In this document: positions 50,417-60,601 of the stretch, piece after piece
Position numbering within the stretch: the first letter of the stretch is position 1
How the letters are laid out: each line of letters begins with the position of its first letter
Virus record (IMG/VR): IMGVR_UViG_3300033145_000777
Span: 1 to 64,000 of that record
DNA length: 64,000 bases
Origin: a virus
Reading direction: 5' to 3' (one strand)
Made by a program: the position numbers and the translations under genes
Notes under the pieces: model-generated
The model's database searches: none
Told to the model about the DNA's origin: nothing
Seen by the model: the letters and a program-made list of their open reading frames with translations, nothing else

Positions 50417-53037
50417 GTAGATATAAGGAAAGACTACATAGGAACCTTGACTCAACATGTTCCTAATGGTGAGGACATATTTCATGGTGTTCTCTGTGAT
50501 ACTGCATTCAACAAAAGGGAAGCAATAGCAAACCTTGCATATTTATTCAACGAGTTCCTTCCAGACTCAATCGGAGTTGTGACTGTTGTACAGGAATCCC
50601 TGATGGAGGAGGGACTTAAGCGAAACTGCTCAAATTGTGGACACTTTGACTGTAACAACGACAAGGAGTACGAACATGAGTACCCAGAGGGAAGCGCGGG
50701 AAAATGTGGACACCCTGAAGGCTTGGATCACATCGAGGACGGCGATACTATTTGGAGTGAGCTTCAGTGCAGTGTGTTCATAGCAGATGAAATGCTAGTG
50801 GAGTTCGCTCAAGAAGCGCGCAAGAGGACAGAGTATCAGAGGAGTCATTAGATGGAAAGCTTAACTCGCCCTGAACTGATGCGCCTAACAGTGCTTTATA
50901 GCAACTATGTTATGGAGTACCCAGATACTCATGGACCCGGATGCTACCCTGTCTGTGTGCAAGAGTTCTACATGAACGAGTATCAAGACCTCTTAGCTGA
51001 GGCTGAGAATAAAGGCTGTGAGGGGTGCGGGATGCTACCCGATAAACCTAAGGCATGTTGGGTTGGTTGCCCAGGATTAGAGGTGTCAAAGAGTGAATGA
51101 TGTAAGGATCATCAAAACCTATGACCGTAAAGTGGGGAAACTCATTTTCAAGGGAAAGCATAGGCACAATGAGCTTGTGCCAGAGGTGGCTTTCATCCAA
51201 GATGGATCAGACCATGATGAAGCTCCATACATTCTGTATGGCCGGGATCATGATAACTACCACTTAGCGACACCTGCGAACCTTGGACGGTTAGCCAACC
51301 TCCGAGTGCTTGATGAGGAGATTGAGCAGATTAAAAAGAAAATGGAAATCATCATCTCAGGTATGACTGACCCAATCTACGCTGAAAGCTACTGGAAACA
51401 CGCAACCCCTGAGGTGCTGTAAATAATGAAGTGTCATGAAGAGTTAAAGAAAATGCCTGATACAAGGCACCTTATCAAGAAAGGCGACACTGCATACGCA
51501 TTATTCTTCCCCTGCCATAACTGGTTTAAAGGAGAAGTTCTTGAAAACGAGGAGGGGCTCTATATTGTCTGTGAAACAGATGGAGAAGAGATCGTATCTG
51601 TAGGGTATATAGAGAATGCGTATCACGCTATACTAGCAACCCCAGAGCCGATCTAATTGAATGGTGCGCGTCTGTATCTGAAACTCATCGCTTCATTGGA
51701 TAGAATGGAAAAACTTTGCAGGGATCATGATAGCTACTCGAAGGATATGGTCTTAGATACTTATCGATTTCAATTAGAGGAAGAACTTGATACAACGAGG
51801 ATAGAAACTCCTTTAGTCCAACTCTCAAGCAGTTGGATCGAGGTAGGTCCTTTTCGTTTTCATCTAAGCTCCTGTAATGAAGACCATTATTTCCGTACAT
51901 AACCCCTTTTATTTCAACCCATAAATCTTTTATATGGTTCAAGTTTAGATATATTGACCCAAATTGGAAAAAGTAGTAACCAAAACTAGAAGCCCAGAAC
52001 TCATTATGACTGATTGCCCACAGAACCCTGAGGGCTTCAAGTTTGAGGACTGTAAGACTTGTCCCATGTGTGTGAGCTGGAAAAAGCTTTATGGAGACAC
52101 ATTCGAGGTTGTGTGCAAGAACCTCACTGAAAAGGAGATCAAGTTGCTCCCTGAACCATCAAAAGATGTGGAGTACGAATCAGCATGGTAGAACTTAGCG
52201 TAAGAACGGAAAACCTGGAAGACCTGATTGAGTTTGTACAACACCACCTCATAGAAAAACTACGAGAAGGATACACATCTGGTTATGAGGGTGGCAAACT
52301 TTGGTGGGATTTGAAAAAGGAGGGAGACAGAATAATGAAGTTTACTGAAGTAGAGAAAATGGAAAACGGGGCAATCCTGACTTTCAAGAGACACTTGACT
52401 GAGGGTGAGGTAGGCCCCGATGATGATCACATACCTTACGGTCTCAGTATGGGTGGAAAAGGGTTCTACGTCATGTTGGATGGGAAGACCTACCTCATGA
52501 CTTGGAAGGATTTTGTTGAAGGCGCGTACTTACAGCTGAGGAAGGATCATCCACGATGAGCTTTGATCATAGATTCGGACTCGGTATTGGAGGGAGCTAC
52601 GAGGACCCGTACATACCGCCTTGTTGTGATGACTGTGCCGAAGACTGTGACCCGAATTATCCCTGCAAGACCATGATGGACTTCAACAAAAATCAAGCAG
52701 AAAACATGCCTGTTCAGGAACCTCCAGTACCTGAAGATCGTGGCCTGGATGAACGGTGGGAGGGAGAGATATAATGACTTGGACGAGACACAAAGATATG
52801 GAAGGAGGAGCAGTAAAGAGGTGGCTTCATAACCCGGAAGTGGGGGTCATCTCAGTTGTCACAGGAAATGACGATTACAAACTGAAAAGCATAGACGGGG
52901 AAATCAGATATGTGTTCAACGACAGATGCTTCTCAATTCCCTGTACTCTAAGAGTAGTCGCTAAGATGCCTGACTCCGAGATTATCAAGGTAGCTGAGAG
53001 AAGTCACAAGGAAATAATAGCCTTAATTGTGGAGTAA
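50414..53037 (+). other. two cassette-driven runs of small hypothetical ORFs, many Cys-rich
   Basis: Coupled ORFs 50414..50851, 50852..51100, 51093..51422, 51426..51656, 51657..51902, 51964..52191, 52185..52559, 52556..52774, ~52774..53037. Confidence 0.55.
51913..51966 (+). promoter_or_regulatory. promoter cassette copy 6 (variant B, TTG start)
   Basis: caacccataaatcttttatatggttcaag...ttgacccaaaTTG; preceded by an oligo-T tract. Confidence 0.8.
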
Positions 53038-53206
53038 CCCTGACTATGCCTTATCACCCTAAGATTCATAGATGCGTCGATGATGATCATCAACAGGTGT
53101 GTTATTGGGCTGAGAACTACAAGGGAGTAATTTACTGCTCCAAATTCTGTGGCGATGTTATGCAGCCAGCTAAACTACGATGGTGCTCAGGGTTTAAAGA
53201 AACCTG

Positions 53207-53260
53207 ATTCAGTCCCTAAATCTTTTATATGCTCAAGGTAAGGTAGTACTGACCTAAATG
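53207..53260 (+). promoter_or_regulatory. promoter cassette copy 7 (variant B)
   Basis: cagtccctaaatcttttatatgctcaag...ctgacctaaATG. Confidence 0.8.
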
Positions 53261-53283
53261 GTAATAAAAAATCAAAACATATT

Positions 53284-54048
53284 ATGGGAGGAAGCTCAGT
53301 GAGCTTCTTTGAATACTGTAATCTCAAGGAGTTCGGGATGCTAATGGATTGTGTTCGATCTGTTATTGAGCAACCCGTTATGACGATAAACGAGGAAGGA
53401 ATACACTGCATGGGTATGGACCCTAGCCACGTAGCTATGATGGAGTTTAAACTTCCAGCAACAGCATTCACCAAATTCCAGCCCTTCGGTGAGGACGTTC
53501 TATGGGATATTGACTCGATGAAGAGAAAGCTGTTCAAGAAAGCCAAGATCACTGAAACCCTCACATTCAGGAACCTGATCACTAAAAAGGTGTTGGAATG
53601 GACGAGGAGTGAGCAACACCTCAACAGGGTCAAGCGTTTCCCATACATTGACCCACTTAAAGAGGAGGTGCCCTCACCGAAGATTAGATGGCAAGGCATA
53701 GTGAGGATTGCTTCAACCCCTTTAATCACAGCACTAGAAGACTTCGATGAACACGTATTCTTTTCGCTGGACAAAGATGTCTTCAGCTTATCCGAGCTAA
53801 CCGATGTGTCTGAGGATGAAACGCCTTGGGATAAGGATAACAACTCAATCCTCGAAATGACTCAACTAACTGAAGAACCTGTAAAGTCTGCGTACAGTGC
53901 TGTGTTTCTGCTCGATATAATGAGACCTCTAAGAAAAGTAGCTGAGGTGGTCAAGCTCTCATTCACAACTAGTATGCCTACGCTAATAGAAGCTGAGCTC
54001 CCCCAAGGAACGATAAAGTACTGGCTGGCTCCATGTATAGGACTATGA
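53284..54048 (+). CDS. pcn: PCNA DNA sliding clamp (start probably GTG 53299)
   Basis: GMDPSHVAMMEFKLPATAF, VKSAYS..FL, IKYWLAP; ~250 aa. Confidence 0.88.
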   Translation: MGGSSVSFFEYCNLKEFGMLMDCVRSVIEQPVMTINEEGIHCMGMDPSHVAMMEFKLPATAFTKFQPFGEDVLWDIDSMKRKLFKKAKITETLTFRNLITKKVLEWTRSEQHLNRVKRFPYIDPLKEEVPSPKIRWQGIVRIASTPLITALEDFDEHVFFSLDKDVFSLSELTDVSEDETPWDKDNNSILEMTQLTEEPVKSAYSAVFLLDIMRPLRKVAEVVKLSFTTSMPTLIEAELPQGTIKYWLAPCIGL

Positions 54049-54389
54049 CTAAAATGATTTCAAAGAAAAAACTGATGGAAGGAACAATCGAGGAAAAAGT
54101 CCTGTATCTCAGGACCCCATACAATAGACTGAATCCACTACATGAGGCAGAAATGCTTCAAGAGATCATGGATACAGTGCCTGAGGTAAAGACTCAGAGA
54201 GACCTTGCAAAATACCTGAACTGGCCGGAATCAACGATCAGTATCCACATCAAGATACTGAAGCACCTTGACCCTGCGATCAAGAAACACCTCAACGAAA
54301 CGGTTGAGACGCCCACAGCCTACACACTCTACGCAATATCGAAACTACCAAAACCTGAACAACTAGCCGCTTATGATGCTAGGACATAA
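54045..54389 (+). CDS. ParB/KorB-type helix-turn-helix protein
   Basis: LNPLHEA...TQRDLAKYLNWPESTIS. Confidence 0.65.
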   Translation: MTKMISKKKLMEGTIEEKVLYLRTPYNRLNPLHEAEMLQEIMDTVPEVKTQRDLAKYLNWPESTISIHIKILKHLDPAIKKHLNETVETPTAYTLYAISKLPKPEQLAAYDART

Positions 54390-54393
54390 ATGA

Positions 54394-54834
54394 TTGATGC
54401 TTATGGATGCTATTGATCGCTATGAAAACCTCATCAGCAAGGTTCTGGGGGTAATTCATAGTAACAAGCATAGTATGGACACGCAGGTCCTCATGGTTAT
54501 GAAAACAACTGTGCGTCAAGCAATGAAGGATTACCTGTTTGAGAACAGAAACCCCTTTGAGGTTGACTACCAGGGCAAGATAGATGCGGTGGACTTAATT
54601 TTTAATGTACTCAAAGAACACGAAAAGAACCTAGATACCCTGATTAATAACCTTGATAATACAACCTCTGGGATTGACAAATTGACAATCAACCAAGCCG
54701 TCAGGGATCGAGTCCGGGTTGGAGCCGTTCATAGGGTCACAATTAAAGAATTTGAAACAGGGACTTGGCTGATAAAGGACGTATATCTTAGAAAAGATGG
54801 ATCAGTAGGGGCTGTATCCCTGTCTGTACAATGA
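54394..54834 (+). CDS. hypothetical protein
   Basis: ORF in the same run. Confidence 0.45.
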   Translation: MMLMDAIDRYENLISKVLGVIHSNKHSMDTQVLMVMKTTVRQAMKDYLFENRNPFEVDYQGKIDAVDLIFNVLKEHEKNLDTLINNLDNTTSGIDKLTINQAVRDRVRVGAVHRVTIKEFETGTWLIKDVYLRKDGSVGAVSLSVQ

Positions 54835-55508
54835 GGAGGAATGAAAAATGCCTGAAATTGATCTTGGGTTCTGCCCACGATGTAAAAGCGATTGGCCGAT
54901 GATGACAAGGGTTGTCTATGGTGTGAAGTTCTGTCACCTTTGTTCCTTTGAAGTGGAAGAGAATCGTCATGAGCGTGAACGATGGGTACAGTGGGCTAAG
55001 GACTACGCAAAGGAGAAATGAAAATGGCTGACATAATTATTGATTATAAAGGAAACTGTCCCAACTGCGATAGGTCAGACTTTGAGGTTGTCGATGAGTT
55101 TGGAGAGGAACTTCAATGGATCAAATGTCGTTATTGTAGCGAACCCATTCACACTGAAAACGGAAAGATTGTGGAGGAATGAATGATGCCGTCGCCAGCT
55201 CAGTTACGAAACAAAAGGATAAAGAAACTCGTAGAATATGGTAAGGAGTCAGGGCTCCTAGAAAATTGGGTGAACATCTATGATAGCCTGTTCACGAAAG
55301 CGAAGAAGCTGTATCCGACAGTTGCAAGAAACACACTTCAGACGTATGCTAGAGCAGCGTACAGTATTCTTGAATCTGAACGAAACCCATAATCTTAATT
55401 CCAACCATGACAAATAATAGATAGCCCGGTAGCAAAAGGGATTCTCCGTGTTTGCCATTTGGGTCACTACCGGGTGACTTCAATTTGGGATCTAAATAAC
55501 CGACCAAC

Positions 55509-55562
55509 TTTTGCCCATAAACTTTATATAAGTATTCTGTACAAGAAGGTATGGAACCAAAT
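55509..55562 (+). promoter_or_regulatory. promoter cassette copy 8, lacking the terminal ATG
   Basis: tttgcccataaactttatataag...gaaccaaataa. Confidence 0.75.
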
Positions 55563-56170
55563 AACCACCTGAAGGGGAAACCCCTCTCATGGATGGCTTG
55601 GTTCTGGGATGGAAACATCTCATAGGGCGAGCACATTCCTGAAAGTTCACCTCCTTAGGGAAGTCTTGGAAACATGGCAAAGATGGAATTGAATTAATTA
55701 AGCTGATTGATTCTGCTCTTCCCTTCATACTCCCTATATGGGCTCCGAGTCGCTCAAAAAATGGGAAGGTGGTATCCCGCCTTCTCCGGTTAGAGCACCA
55801 GAACGCAAATGCTTCTGGAGGTCCACTCAAAGGTGCTAAAAGCATCCAAAACCTGAGAGTGAGAACGTCTAAGTCAGAATGGATGCTGGCTTAGAAGGTG
55901 CATGAGGATTGCGAACCGTCTCCTCCTCGGGTGCCAATTCACGCTTCCTGCCAGAGGAATACCGACCAGCTTCGGCTGTTAGGGTAACTGGCATCTCCCC
56001 CTTGGTGGAATCGGGGGGAGATTTACTATCCAACAGGAATGGATACGGAGTCACGGGTGACTCTGTCTCAATGTGAGTAAACAAAAAACCCAGTAGGGGT
56101 GGTTCCTGCCACTCCTACGAACTTTAATCTCCCCCAAGAGCGAGAAGAGGAACTCGGTAAAATACCTCAT
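55560..56170 (+). ncRNA. candidate large structured non-coding RNA
   Basis: No + strand ORF of 60 aa or more; roughly ten stem-loops, including GAAA and cUUCGg tetraloops; promoter upstream, tRNA downstream. Confidence 0.6.
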
Positions 56171-56174
56171 TATT

Positions 56175-56259
56175 GTCCGGTTCGCCTAATCTGGTGGGGC
56201 AGTAGTCTTGAAAACTACTGAGCTTGCTCATACAGGTTCAAATCCTGTACCGGACGCCA
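56175..56259 (+). tRNA. tRNA-Ser(TGA) with encoded CCA
   Basis: Acceptor GTCCGGT/ACCGGAC, anticodon arm GTAGT-CTTGAAA-ACTAC, long variable arm, T arm ACAGG-TTCAAAT-CCTGT, G discriminator. Confidence 0.93.
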
Positions 56260-56271
56260 ACTTTTTATTTT
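56260..56271 (+). terminator. oligo-T archaeal-type terminator
   Basis: CTTTTTATTTT directly after the tRNA. Confidence 0.5.
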
Positions 56272-56322
56272 AGCCCATAAACTTTATATAAGTTTCTAGC
56301 ATAGATAGTTTGACCCAAAATG
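56269..56322 (+). promoter_or_regulatory. promoter cassette copy 9
   Basis: Identical to 20233..20286. Confidence 0.85.
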
Positions 56323-56733
56323 CCAATCATCATTCCCATCATTGAAGGCGAGGTATACTGCGACGGCATGATATGCGTGAGTGCATACAAGAACATCGAG
56401 AAAAGAAAGGCTTGTCCTGACCGGAACACAGGAATGCTCTGTGGCGGTAAAATGAGGGACGTCTATAAGGATGAGGTAGATGTAGAGATTGAATCTTATC
56501 CTGATCTCAACGTCAACATTCACAGGAAAATTAGGTTAGTTAGGTCTGAGGGAAGTTTCGAGGTTCTGTTTAATTACTCAGTACATTGGGATAAGGATGA
56601 TGGCATGTTGACTGGCTCTATTTCAAGTTTCATGGAAAGAACTGATACCTTAGACGAGGCTATCGCTCTGGTTGATACTATGACTGATCAGGTTAAAGTA
56701 CGAGCAGTTCGATCCCGTAAAGCAGGAATATAA
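56320..56733 (+). CDS. hypothetical protein
   Basis: Starts at the cassette ATG. Confidence 0.55.
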   Translation: MPIIIPIIEGEVYCDGMICVSAYKNIEKRKACPDRNTGMLCGGKMRDVYKDEVDVEIESYPDLNVNIHRKIRLVRSEGSFEVLFNYSVHWDKDDGMLTGSISSFMERTDTLDEAIALVDTMTDQVKVRAVRSRKAGI

Positions 56734-56736
56734 ATC

Positions 56737-56790
56737 TTTAGCCCATAAACTTTATTAAAGTATCATGCATAGTTAGTTTGACCCAAAATG
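56737..56790 (+). promoter_or_regulatory. promoter cassette copy 10
   Basis: Three mismatches to copy 1. Confidence 0.85.
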
Positions 56791-57036
56791 GTAAAACAAA
56801 TCAATTTCCAAGGTAAGCTGGTTAAAACCTTCGAGATTTTGGTTCCTTCGAGGTCTCGCCCAGGCATGGTTGCCCATAAAGTGGTGAAAGACATTCAAGG
56901 AAAATGGTCATGCAGTTGCGAGGCGTTCCGCTACTCAAAACACAACACACATCCCCAAGATTGGTGCAAGGACGGAGAAAAAGCCTGTATTCACATCAAG
57001 AGAGGTAAGAAGGCATTCGAGGTGGTTCAATGGTAA
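56788..57036 (+). CDS. SWIM zinc-finger protein
   Basis: WSCSCEAF...CIHI. Confidence 0.7.
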   Translation: MVKQINFQGKLVKTFEILVPSRSRPGMVAHKVVKDIQGKWSCSCEAFRYSKHNTHPQDWCKDGEKACIHIKRGKKAFEVVQW

Positions 57037-57833
57037 GAGTCAGTCTAATTAGGATCAAGGTAGACAAGAACCCTCCCCATAAAGAATGGTTGAATGAGAA
57101 GGTCTGTGAGATGACGCTCAGTGATGGAGAGTACATGAAGTTGCGCGCGGAGATACGAGGCATTAACAGCATCTACGCTGGTGGCAAGCAGAACAGGCGA
57201 TACAAGCTGGTGGAAATATAATGAACACCTACCAGAGACGCATACGCCTGAGCCTACCACAAGAACGAGTAATCGTCAGGAATGGGCTACAGATAAACGG
57301 AGTTCGAGTAAGGACCCCGAAACTTGAGACTCATCCCAGCTTATGGTTGCATATCCTGTTCAAAGAGGGAGCACAATGAGTAAACCAATTAAGATGACTT
57401 GGAAGATTAACACGAAAGGGTTGATTCGGGAAATCATGAATAACCCGAACACGCTCATCCTAAAGCAACCGCTTCAAATCCTGCATCAGCTACTCCTGGA
57501 AACTGGAAAGAGAGCCTTAGAACTGGACGATCCTAAGATGAATTGCTGGATGCTTCGGCTCGGCCTGTACTCGATAGGCGATCCTGAGAGTCCGGACTTC
57601 AACCCTGAGGTCGTAGCTGAATATCTTAAGGAACACGAACAATGAGCAAGCGCGCGCGAGACAAGACCTGTAGTAGATGCGGTAAACCATTCAAACCCAT
57701 CAAGATAGGTGTTCATATCTGCTTGGAATGTCTGAAAAAACGCGAAGGGAAAATTTGTGACAAAAATGGTAACTGATATATGCCAAGCCAACTTCCCTAT
57801 ACATGGTGACTGAGGCTGAGGAGGTCTGGTCCA

Positions 57834-58508
57834 ATGATAATGGTAGCGCATCAACCCAATTTTATTCCCTACTTGCCTTTCATCCATAAAGTCGCAAGGG
57901 CTGACGTCTTTGTGGTTTTAGATCAAGTTCAATACCCGAAGAACAATTTTGTGAACAGGGTTAAGATTAGGACTTCTAAAGGGGAAGAGTGGCTTACCGT
58001 CCCTGTGAGAAGAGACAAAACCGACAAGAGAATACTTGCAGTCAAGCTTCCTGAGAATCATAGGTGGAGAACTAAGATGTTCAAAACCTTGGCACAGAAC
58101 TATGGAAGATCACCTTTCTGGTCACACTATCTAGACATTATTAGAGAACTCGTGTATCAGGAGACTGATGAATTAGTCGAGTACAACATGAATTGGTTGA
58201 CTTGGATTCTCAAGGAGCTCGACATTAACACAAAAATTGTGATACAGAGCCAATTAGGACAGGTCGTAGCAAGAAAATCTGTGCTACTTGCCCAACTAAC
58301 GAAAGAGGTAGGGTGTGATACCTATCTATCTGGTCTTGGAGGAACAGGCTATCTTAAAGAAGAACTGTTCACTGAACAAGGGATCAAGCTTGAATACACG
58401 AATTTCATCCACCCTGTCTACGAACAAGCATATAAGCCGTTTATCTATGGTATGTCCGTATTAGACGCATTGCTCAATGAAGGACCCAACTTGAGGTTCA
58501 TATTATGA
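57834..58508 (+). CDS. WbqC-like family protein
   Basis: HQPNFIPY, DVFVVLDQVQY, NRVKI, WLTVPV, YLSGLGG, SVLDALLNEGP. Confidence 0.9.
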   Translation: MIMVAHQPNFIPYLPFIHKVARADVFVVLDQVQYPKNNFVNRVKIRTSKGEEWLTVPVRRDKTDKRILAVKLPENHRWRTKMFKTLAQNYGRSPFWSHYLDIIRELVYQETDELVEYNMNWLTWILKELDINTKIVIQSQLGQVVARKSVLLAQLTKEVGCDTYLSGLGGTGYLKEELFTEQGIKLEYTNFIHPVYEQAYKPFIYGMSVLDALLNEGPNLRFIL

Positions 58509-58669
58509 GTACAGTAAAGGAACTTACCAGGAAAACCGTCAAGGTCTCAGACATAATCCCGTATGATGAGAACGTGAAAAAGCACCCACCTAAACAGGTC
58601 GAGGGTATAGTAAAATCAATGGATATTCATGGATCAAGCAATAAACAAGGAGCCCATGACGGTTATTGA
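58505..58669 (+). pseudogene. ParB N-terminal fragment
   Basis: KVSDIIPYDENVKKHPPKQVEGIVKSMDIHG, then the pattern is lost and a stop follows. Confidence 0.55.
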
Positions 58670-58991
58670 ACCATCTCACATTAGGGACTTTACGTATATA
58701 GATGACGTCGTTATGGCTTGTATAGCAGCTTCACAGCTGAAAGGATTCAACGTATTCAACGTCGCATCAGGTACACCAACGTCCATTAGCGCCCTCGTAC
58801 AGCTTATCCAAGGAATCTTCGACTACAAGATTGAGGTTACTAGAATCCCTGAACGAGGAATTGATAACCTTACTAACAGGAGCATTTCGATTAAAAAAAT
58901 TAGACCCATTTGGGTTCCGGTTTACACGCTTTATGAAGGACTCAGTAAACTCAAACCTCAACTAATACAAAATAGTTCCGCTAACAGTTAA
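58629..58991 (+). pseudogene. C-terminal fragment of an NAD-dependent epimerase
   Basis: RDFTYIDDVV, VFNVASG, W.P...L.EGL; no GxxGxxG or YxxxK. Confidence 0.7.
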
Positions 58992-59244
58992 CTTTTATTT
59001 GCTCCCCCCTACCTCAAAGTATGTCATACGATACAAAACTACTCAAGTTTGACTATACATTCGTCACATGCAAGGGAGGAAAAGAGATCGAAGTAGCTGA
59101 GGGTGAGGAACCTAGAACCCAGACAGCCGATGAGGAAGCCACAGCCGTCTGCTCAGAGATGGGTAAACGAGGCTACAAGGTTATTCGCTGTTTTGTCAGA
59201 GCCGATGGTGTCAATCACATCGTAATGGAAAAACAATACAGATA

Positions 59245-59298
59245 ATTCAACCCATAAATCTTTTATATGTTCAAGTTAAGATGTATTGACCCAAAATG
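59245..59298 (+). promoter_or_regulatory. promoter cassette copy 11 (variant B)
   Basis: caacccataaatcttttatatgttcaag...attgacccaaaATG. Confidence 0.8.
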
Positions 59299-59973
59299 TC
59301 TAATACAGGCAAATATATCACTCAAAACGGTTATAATTACTATCCACTGGTGTCTGCACTTCAAAAGGACATCAGAAGAGGGAATGAACGACAAGCAGTT
59401 TTCTGGGCTCTTGAGCTTCAAACCTACAAACCGTATCTTCTCTGGAGTAGGTTGATCATCATCGCTTCTGAGGACATAGGACCCGCAAACAACAACATGG
59501 CGATTCTTATTGATATTCTCCATAAACGGTATCAGGAACACGCAAAGAAGAGGGGAGAAAGCAAGGGACTATTCCTCATCCACGCGGTTCTAGCATTGTG
59601 CAGGAGCCCCAAATCAAGGGAAGTGGATGAACTACTCTGTATCACCCTCCCAGAGGTAGGTATGGGGATTAATCTCCCAGCGATCCCTGACTACGCTTGT
59701 GACATGCACACTAGGACAGGGAAGGCGATGGGACGAGGGATCGAGCACTTCTACAAGCATGGAGCAGTAATCAGCCCGACCAGTTTCCCCCCAAGGGAGG
59801 GAGAACCAGATTGGCACTCTCCATACACTGCTGAGGTTGCAGCATTCGAGGATCGACCTGATGTTAAGGAATACTTCAAAAGTCTGAAATATCCTTCAAA
59901 GAAAAAGGTAAAAGTCACGGAGAAAAAGGTCAATAACACCCTTGACGACATTTTAAACCCAAAGGAGGACTGA
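59296..59973 (+). CDS. RarA/MgsA C-terminal-like protein without an ATPase domain
   Basis: SALQKDIRRG, WSRLIIIASEDIG, SPKSRE, PDYACDMHT. Confidence 0.75.
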   Translation: MSNTGKYITQNGYNYYPLVSALQKDIRRGNERQAVFWALELQTYKPYLLWSRLIIIASEDIGPANNNMAILIDILHKRYQEHAKKRGESKGLFLIHAVLALCRSPKSREVDELLCITLPEVGMGINLPAIPDYACDMHTRTGKAMGRGIEHFYKHGAVISPTSFPPREGEPDWHSPYTAEVAAFEDRPDVKEYFKSLKYPSKKKVKVTEKKVNNTLDDILNPKED

Positions 59974-59976
59974 GAG

Positions 59977-60417
59977 ATGCAGAAACTAGAAAACATACAA
60001 GTACACGGCATCCCCCTCACCTTAGAAGACGTTGACGACGAGAACAAAACCTATGGTGGAGTCAACAAGACTTGGAGGGAGATGATGGAAAGATGGATCA
60101 AGTGGCTCCAAGAATCAGAAGCCGTGAAATCACAGGTACATAAAATTAAACGCATGGAGATAGGCTCCATTGCCCACTTCTACCTCAAGGCCAGTATGAA
60201 TCCGTTTTTCTGCACTGAGTACAAGAAAACGACTTGTCTCGATCACTGCGAAAATAGTTGTTCCATGTGGAATAGACCGGATAACTGCTGCACCGCTGAA
60301 GCAATCGGTGAATACGAGGGAGAATTGGAGAATAGCAGAGATATGGCACTTGATACCATGCACGTTTTGAGGCTGTACTTTAAACCTGAACTCCCCTTAC
60401 AGGAGGCTCCACAATGA
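59977..60417 (+). CDS. Cys-rich hypothetical protein
   Basis: FFC...C..C..C...CC. Confidence 0.5.
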   Translation: MQKLENIQVHGIPLTLEDVDDENKTYGGVNKTWREMMERWIKWLQESEAVKSQVHKIKRMEIGSIAHFYLKASMNPFFCTEYKKTTCLDHCENSCSMWNRPDNCCTAEAIGEYEGELENSRDMALDTMHVLRLYFKPELPLQEAPQ

Positions 60418-60601
60418 CTGATACTGTGAAACGGTTTGAACACTGGAATGAAGTTGAGACCTATCTCGATGAAAACTCAGAAAAAGTCATTTATTGGCTA
60501 GGTGACTCTCAGGCAAAGAACGAGATAGTTCTCAAGAGAAACAGGGTTAATCGAGGCGATCCTGATTGGGATTGGCTTGTAATCTGGCGAGGTGTTGAAC
60601 T

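Noticed and set aside
55551-55625. 24-aa ORF MEPNNHLKGKPLSWMAWFWDGNIS
   Set aside because: Its ATG is only ~20 nt after the TATA box, probably upstream of the transcription start, and it overlaps two GAAA hairpins
55560-56170. RNase P RNA, SRP RNA, rRNA gene or group I/II intron
   Set aside because: I could not find their diagnostic conserved sequence sets; the rRNA similarity is limited to two short motifs
56175-56259. Selenocysteine or opal suppressor tRNA, or stop-codon reassignment
   Set aside because: The anticodon is TGA, which reads UCA (Ser), not TCA; genes end coherently at all three stop codons
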